Shown: piece by piece, positions 58,702 to 64,000 of the stretch | How positions within the stretch are numbered: position 1 is the stretch's first letter | How the letters are laid out: every line of letters begins with the position of its first letter | NCBI GenBank assembly: GCA_963779755.1 | Contig: CAVZZO010000003.1 | Coordinates: 256,001-320,000, forward strand | From: an uncultured Gemmatimonadales bacterium | GTDB taxonomy: Bacteria; Gemmatimonadota; Gemmatimonadetes; Gemmatimonadales; GWC2-71-9 | DNA length: 64,000 nucleotides | Direction of reading: 5' to 3' | Notes under the pieces: generated by a model | Seen by the model: the letters and a program-made list of their open reading frames with translations, nothing else | What the model was told of the DNA's origin: nothing | Database searches by the model: none | Made by a program: the position numbers and the translations under genes

Positions 58702-59061
58702 ATGAAAGTTCAGAAGATCTTCTGCTCGGCCTGCGATCGTGAAGTCAGCATCGTGCTGACCGCCGAGCCGATACACGACGGGCAGGCCAATCTGCCGGAC
58801 GCCGATTTTGTCTGCCTGGAGATCGGAGACACCTGCACCGGCTCCCTGTGCCCCCTGTTCGCGCTGCCACCGGAGGCGATGAAGGCGCGCCTGGCCCGGT
58901 CGGGGTTCGATACCGGCGGCCTGCGCCATCTGCGGGCGCACTGCGACGGCTGCGACCGGGAGACGGACATGGTGGTACTGAACCGCGAGTACTGCCACTG
59001 CATGGAATGCCACGCCACCAATCACTGGCGGGTGGCGGACCCCACCACACTCCCCGGCTGA
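58702..59061 (+). CDS. Small Cys-rich putative metal-binding protein
   Basis: GGAGGGAG RBS; CSACDREV, C-x6-C-x4-CP, CDGCDRET, CHCMECH. Confidence 0.75.
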   Translation: MKVQKIFCSACDREVSIVLTAEPIHDGQANLPDADFVCLEIGDTCTGSLCPLFALPPEAMKARLARSGFDTGGLRHLRAHCDGCDRETDMVVLNREYCHCMECHATNHWRVADPTTLPG

Positions 59062-59083
59062 TCCGGGCTACCGCGAGGCGCTG

Positions 59084-60643
59084 ATGTTCCGTTTGGCCGC
59101 CGCCGTGCTTCCTCTGGCCGCCGCCGTCGAGGGCGGGGGCCATGCCATGCAGTCCACCACCGATGCCTTCTCCCAGTCGATCGTGGCCGCCATCATCGTG
59201 GCGGTCTTCGTGTCGCTGGCGCTGGAAAAGGTGCACCGGGTGCTGGTCGTGATCGGGGCGGTTGCCCTCATGTGGGCCATCACCTATCTCACGCCCTTCC
59301 ATCTGATAACGTTCGAAGGGGCGCAGACGGCGCTGGATTTCAACGTCCTCTTCCTGCTGGCGTCCATGATGGCGGTGGTCGGCGTGCTGAAGAGCACCGG
59401 CGTCTTCGAATGGGGTGTGGCCCGCATGCTGAACCGGGCCAACGGCGATCCCTACCTGATCCTGGTGTTGCTGCTCTGGTTCACCGCCATCCTCTCGGCG
59501 CTGTGCGACAACGTGACCACGGTGATCTTCGTGGCGCCCATGGCCCTGCAGATGGCACGCGCGGTCCGGGTGAAACCGGTGGCCTTCCTGCTGCCGGTGG
59601 TCATGGCCTCGAATATCGGCGGCACCGCCACCCTGATCGGCGACCCGCCCAACATCATGATCGGGTCGGGTGCGGGGCTCACGTTCCTTCAGTTCATCCT
59701 GGCCCTGGCGGCGCCGGTCGCCGTCATGATGTTTCTGCTGCCATGGTTTTCCGGGAAGTACTTCCACAAGTCACTGGAAGCCGCCCGGCAGAACGCGGGG
59801 GATACCACCATGGCGGTTCCGGCCATCACCGATCCGCTGCTGCTTCGGTGGTCGCTCTGGATCGGCGGCTTCATCCTGCTCGGCTTCTTTACCCATGGGC
59901 TCACCGGCATGCCCACCTCGGTTCCTGCCACAATCGGCGCCGGGGCATTGCTGGTGGTGCAGGACATACTCTACCTCCGCCGCTGGCAGCCCACGGAAGA
60001 AGAGCGACAGCACGGCCTGCTCCGGATCATCGAGAAAGAGATCGAGTGGCCGACGCTCAGCTTCTTCGGCTTTCTCTTCATCGCGGTAGGCGCGGCGGTG
60101 CAGACCGGCCTCATCGACACGCTGGCCCGTGGCCTGGGCCACGTGATCCTCGCCGGTGGGGGCGGCATGGGGCTGCGCGGCACCGGAATCCTGCTCTTCG
60201 CCGCGCTGCTCATCGTGTGGGTGAGTGGTATCGCCAGCGCCATCGTGGACAACATCCCCTTCGTGGCCGTCATGATTCCCATCATTCACCGGCTGGCGGG
60301 GCAGCTCCCGGGAGAGACCGGCGTGCTCTGGTGGGCGCTGGCGCTGGGCGCCTGTCTGGGCGGGAACGGCACCGCGGTGGGCGCATCGGCCAACGTGACG
60401 GTGATCGGGATGGCGGAACGGATGGGCGTGCACATCAGCTTCCGGGAGTTCACCCGCTTCGGCGCGTCGGTGACGGCGGTGACCCTGACCATTGCTTCCG
60501 TGTTCATCGCTTCCTACATCTATCTCGGCAGCAGGATGGCGATGGTGGCCTGGCTGGGTATCGTCGCGCTGGTCCTGCTGCTGAAGGCGATCTCGCGCAT
60601 GGCCCGGCGGCCCGAGCTGCGCACCGCGCCGGTGGCGCGATAA
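59084..60643 (+). CDS. ArsB/NhaD (IT superfamily) ion transporter
   Basis: SALCDNVTT, SNIGGTATLIGDPPN, SAIVDNIP, LGACLGGNGT; about 12 TM helices. Confidence 0.9.
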   Translation: MFRLAAAVLPLAAAVEGGGHAMQSTTDAFSQSIVAAIIVAVFVSLALEKVHRVLVVIGAVALMWAITYLTPFHLITFEGAQTALDFNVLFLLASMMAVVGVLKSTGVFEWGVARMLNRANGDPYLILVLLLWFTAILSALCDNVTTVIFVAPMALQMARAVRVKPVAFLLPVVMASNIGGTATLIGDPPNIMIGSGAGLTFLQFILALAAPVAVMMFLLPWFSGKYFHKSLEAARQNAGDTTMAVPAITDPLLLRWSLWIGGFILLGFFTHGLTGMPTSVPATIGAGALLVVQDILYLRRWQPTEEERQHGLLRIIEKEIEWPTLSFFGFLFIAVGAAVQTGLIDTLARGLGHVILAGGGGMGLRGTGILLFAALLIVWVSGIASAIVDNIPFVAVMIPIIHRLAGQLPGETGVLWWALALGACLGGNGTAVGASANVTVIGMAERMGVHISFREFTRFGASVTAVTLTIASVFIASYIYLGSRMAMVAWLGIVALVLLLKAISRMARRPELRTAPVAR

Positions 60644-60719
60644 TTCACCGCGAAGGCACGAAGAGCGCCGGGAGCATGCACACCCGCACGCCCCGGCGTT
60701 CTTCGCGTTCCGGTAGGGA

Positions 60720-61061
60720 TCAGGCAGTTCTGGTGGATGACCTGCGGGACCGGGGCGGAGCCGGCGGTTTCCCTGGCGTGGACGCGCCGGGATGGAGAAT
60801 CACCTCGACCTCCTGCCCCACCTCCAGTCCTCCCGCCCTGGCGATCTCCGAGTCGATCAGGAGGAAATAGCCACCGGCGCCCGCGACAATGGCGCTGTCG
60901 AAGGCCGTCCCGTTCAGCCGGCCATGCACCCGGTGGCCATGCCGGCCGGGTTCGAGGCGCAGGCTGGGGGTCGCCCACCGATGCGTGGGATCGAAGGGAA
61001 CCTCCACCGCCAGCCCCGTATGGCCCTCACGGACCACGGCCCTGAAGCGCTCGGTCTTCAT
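60720..61061 (-). CDS. DUF1905-like protein
   Basis: AVEVPFDP, RVHGRLNG, AGGLEVGQEVEV. Confidence 0.75.
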   Translation of the reverse strand: MKTERFRAVVREGHTGLAVEVPFDPTHRWATPSLRLEPGRHGHRVHGRLNGTAFDSAIVAGAGGYFLLIDSEIARAGGLEVGQEVEVILHPGASTPGKPPAPPRSRRSSTRTA

Positions 61062-61112
61062 GGAAGCCCCGGGTGAGAGGGACCCCTAAGATAGCAGAGG
61101 GGAGGCTGGGGA

Positions 61113-61145
61113 AGGAATGAAGGAATCAGGAATCAGGAATCAGGG
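61113..61145. repeat. Heptamer tandem repeat (AGGAATC)3
   Basis: AGGAATGA AGGAATC AGGAATC AGGAATC AGG in the intergenic region. Confidence 0.75.
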
Positions 61146-61198
61146 GACGGGGCCCGGGAGCGGCCGGCCCCTGCCGCTGATTTCCGTTCCTGACGTTC

Positions 61199-62677
61199 TC
61201 AGTCGAGGATAGGCTTCCCGGCCGCGAAATCGTACAGCGTCGCCTTCCGCAGGCGGTAATAGGCCAGCCAGTAGCCGCGCAGCGCCTGCACGAACTGGCT
61301 CAGCGCCGCGTTCTTTTCCGACTGGGCGATATAGAGGTTGTCGATGGTGATCCGGCCGATCACGTAGCGATTGTAGGCGACCTCGAAGCGTTTGTCCGCG
61401 ACCGTATCCGCCTTGGCCAGCAGGGCGAGGTTGCGCTCGGCCTGGCCCAGGTCGAGCGCGGCGAAGTGGGCCTGATGATCGGACTGCTCCAGCGCGGCCT
61501 CGGCCAGGCTGGTCACCTCTTCCCGGTCCAGCTTTGCCGCGGATACTTCCTGTCCATGCGCGCCCCATTGCCAGAGCGGAAACTGCACCGACAGGGAGAA
61601 CTGCTGCGCCTGGAGCAGGTTCTGGTACGCCGAACTGGCCTGGGAGGCTGTGGCATTGAAGCCGAAACTGGCCTGCACCGTCGCGCCGATGCCCTGCCCC
61701 AGCCGGGCTTCGGCGATCCGCCGCTGCGCCTGCACATCCTGCAGCTCCGCCTGGGTCACAATGGCGAGGTTCTGCCGCGCTTCCGCTACCGCCCTGGCGG
61801 TGTCCACTTCCACCGTAGGCAGGGCGGTGGATACGCTGATGGCGATCGGCGTATCCGGCGGCAGGTTGAGGGCCAGCCGGAGCGCCGCGGCGGCCCGATC
61901 GTAGTCCAGTTGCGCCTGCTGGGCCGAGGTGCGGGCCTGCAGCAGCGCCAGCTCACTCTGCAGCAGGTCGTTCTCGCCGATCTTGCCGACTTCATACCGG
62001 CCCTGATTCAGCCGGTAGAGGGTATCGTTCACGGCGGCGTTGCGGGTCGCGTTCTGCAATCCCACCCGGGCGGAGTAGAGGTCGAAAAAGACCTGGGTGG
62101 TCTGGATCGCCACATCCTCCATGGCCTCGCGATACTGGCGCTCCGCCAGCTCTTCCTCGATGCCCGATTCCCGGCGGTCCCACCCCACGGTGTTGGGACG
62201 GAAGATGTCCTGCCGCAGTCCGATCAGCACCGGGGTTGATGACCAGGTCTCCACGGACTGCTGGCCGCTCAAAGCCAGGCGCGAGAGCGACGAGGAAATG
62301 AAGAAGTCGCCCCCGGTGACCGGCAGCTGCTGGGACAGGGTCATCGACAGGGAGGTGCTGGTCTGCTGCTGGGCCCGGAAGAGCGTGCTGCCGTCCGGCT
62401 GGAGCACCGGGATGATGGAGCGATTGTAGGACGGCAGGGTTCCGCTGAGCGAGAGCTGCGGCAGCTGGCGGGCGCTGAAGGCGCTCCGCCGCCGGCGTGC
62501 GGCCCCGCGCGCGGCCCGGGCGGCCCGGGCCTGGAACCCGTCGGCCTGGGCCCGGGTAATTGCGTCCTGCAGGGTGAACGGCTCCGGGTCCTGGGCGGCA
62601 AGCGGGCCGGCGGCGATCGTAGCCAGCAGGGCGCAGGCAGCCAGCAGGGCGCGCGGGCGGAGGGCAGATATGGGCAT
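61199..62677 (-). CDS. TolC family outer-membrane efflux protein
   Basis: Signal peptide, TLQDAI, LPQLSLSG, RYEVGKI / RYVIGRI internal duplication. Confidence 0.9.
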   Translation of the reverse strand: MPISALRPRALLAACALLATIAAGPLAAQDPEPFTLQDAITRAQADGFQARAARAARGAARRRRSAFSARQLPQLSLSGTLPSYNRSIIPVLQPDGSTLFRAQQQTSTSLSMTLSQQLPVTGGDFFISSSLSRLALSGQQSVETWSSTPVLIGLRQDIFRPNTVGWDRRESGIEEELAERQYREAMEDVAIQTTQVFFDLYSARVGLQNATRNAAVNDTLYRLNQGRYEVGKIGENDLLQSELALLQARTSAQQAQLDYDRAAAALRLALNLPPDTPIAISVSTALPTVEVDTARAVAEARQNLAIVTQAELQDVQAQRRIAEARLGQGIGATVQASFGFNATASQASSAYQNLLQAQQFSLSVQFPLWQWGAHGQEVSAAKLDREEVTSLAEAALEQSDHQAHFAALDLGQAERNLALLAKADTVADKRFEVAYNRYVIGRITIDNLYIAQSEKNAALSQFVQALRGYWLAYYRLRKATLYDFAAGKPILD

Positions 62678-62681
62678 GGGC

Positions 62682-64000
62682 TTACTCGTACCGGAGACAG
62701 TCGACCGGATCTTGCCGCGCGGCCCGATAGGCGGGCATGATCCCGAAGGCGATGCCCACCGTGATCGACACCCCGAAGGCCACGATCACGGACAGCATGG
62801 ACACGATGGTGACAATGCCGGCAGCCCGTTGAATGCCGGCACTGAGCGCGGCGCCGACCACGATCCCGGCCAGGCCGCCGGTCACGCTGATGAGCACCGC
62901 TTCGCTCAGGAATTGGAAGAGGATGTCCTTCTGGGTGGCCCCGACCGCGCGCCGGACTCCGATTTCCCGGATCCGCTCCAGCACACTGGCCAGCATGATG
63001 TTCATGATGCCGATGCCGCCGACGACCAGGGAGATGGACGCGATAGCACCGAGCACCACGTTGAAGATGGTCTTGGTGCGGCGCTCCTGCAGCAGCAGCA
63101 GCTCGGGGACGGTGACCTCGAAATCCACTACCGTGTTGTGCCGCCGCTTCAGCATCCGTTGCAGCACGTCCGCCACCGAGGGGACCAGCCGGGAGTCCTT
63201 CACCCGGACGATGATCCGGTCGAGCTGGTTGGGGTTGGTCCGCTCCTGCCGCTGCTGCTCGCTCTCCTGCTGGTCGTCATTGGTGGTCACGGTGACTTCG
63301 CGGGAGGCCTGCTCCACTGCCTGCTGCGTCACCAGCGCACGGTTACGGTAGCGCAGCAGCAGCGTCTGCACCGGGACATAGACGTCCATGTTGGCGTCGC
63401 GAATGCCGAGCCGCTGGACCGTCTCTCCGGTGACGTGCCGGTCCTCCAGTACGCCCACCACGGTGAGCCAGGTATCGCCCACCTTGAGCGGCTTGCCGAC
63501 AGGATCTTCGGTGGTGAAGAAGCGGGTCCGGACGCCCTGCCCGATGATCGCCACCGGCATGCCTTCCTCCACCTCCAGGGGCCGGAACCAGCTTCCGCGA
63601 CGCAGCGAGAGATTGGTCAGGCGGAAGTAGGAGGTGTCCACCCCCACCACCTTCCCGGACCGCCGGTGCCCTTCCCGCGTCAGGCTGGTATTGAGCACCA
63701 CCTCGGCGCTGGCGGCATCCACTCCCGGCAGTACCCGTTCGATGGCGCGAACGTCCTGAACCGTCAGGCCGGGTGAAAAGCGCTTGACCTCCCGGCTGCT
63801 GTTCTGGTCGCCGACTTTCCCTTCCTTCTGTTCCACCAGCGGGGTGATCACGACGTTGTTGGAGCCCAGCAGCTGCATCTGCTGGAGGATCTCCCGCTCC
63901 GCTCCCTTGCCGATGGCCAGCATGGCGATGACGGAGGCCACACCGAAGAGAATGCCGAGCGAAGTGAGGCCGGCCCGCAGCTTGTTGTGCCGCACCGCTT
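62682..64000 (-). CDS. MacB/FtsX-type ABC transporter permease (5' end probably outside the window)
   Basis: NKLRAGLTSLGILFGVASVIAM, VGGIGIMNIMLASVLERIREIGVRRAVGA, PAYRAARQDP. Confidence 0.93.
   Translation of the reverse strand, partial: AVRHNKLRAGLTSLGILFGVASVIAMLAIGKGAEREILQQMQLLGSNNVVITPLVEQKEGKVGDQNSSREVKRFSPGLTVQDVRAIERVLPGVDAASAEVVLNTSLTREGHRRSGKVVGVDTSYFRLTNLSLRRGSWFRPLEVEEGMPVAIIGQGVRTRFFTTEDPVGKPLKVGDTWLTVVGVLEDRHVTGETVQRLGIRDANMDVYVPVQTLLLRYRNRALVTQQAVEQASREVTVTTNDDQQESEQQRQERTNPNQLDRIIVRVKDSRLVPSVADVLQRMLKRRHNTVVDFEVTVPELLLLQERRTKTIFNVVLGAIASISLVVGGIGIMNIMLASVLERIREIGVRRAVGATQKDILFQFLSEAVLISVTGGLAGIVVGAALSAGIQRAAGIVTIVSMLSVIVAFGVSITVGIAFGIMPAYRAARQDPVDCLRYE

Noticed and set aside
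58998..59013. CMECH as a c-type heme-binding motif
   Set aside because: No signal peptide, and the CxxC pairs fit a zinc-ribbon pattern better.
61113..61145. CRISPR array
   Set aside because: 7-nt tandem units without spacers and no cas genes.

Overview
High-GC (about 70% by eye) bacterial chromosome segment; gene content and order resemble Gemmatimonadota (inference, not verified). (1) 1-19.4 kb, minus strand: a secreted TPR protein, tRNA-Val(TAC), and a tightly coupled, receptor-less Bacillus/Thermotoga-type chemosensory operon (cheW-cheY-cheA-cheC ... cheR-cheD-cheB-cheW-cheW). A second module sits in its middle: an 891-aa TPR protein, two DUF4388 proteins with internal MshEN-like motifs, three Roadblock/LC7 domains, an MglA GTPase, and a protein made of two DnaA-type AAA+ domains with no DNA-binding domain. 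This is the best candidate for an undescribed system. (2) 19.4-35 kb, minus strand: housekeeping genes (rluD, lspA, dksA-like, type-2 ileS with a GIHH motif, PNP, divIVA, yggS, DUF2723, folP, ftsH, hpt, tilS, udk). (3) 35-43 kb: small accessory/stress genes, including an orphan encapsulated-ferritin homologue and an amidohydrolase that has lost its catalytic barrel. (4) 43.4-60.6 kb, plus strand: a korAB / large PFOR / Rnf (B, C, D, G, E, A) / apbE / NhaD-like operon with two small Cys-rich ORFs. (5) A TolC plus MacB-type permease at the right edge. No mobile elements, CRISPR arrays or rRNA were seen. All family calls come from motif recognition by eye, not database searches.
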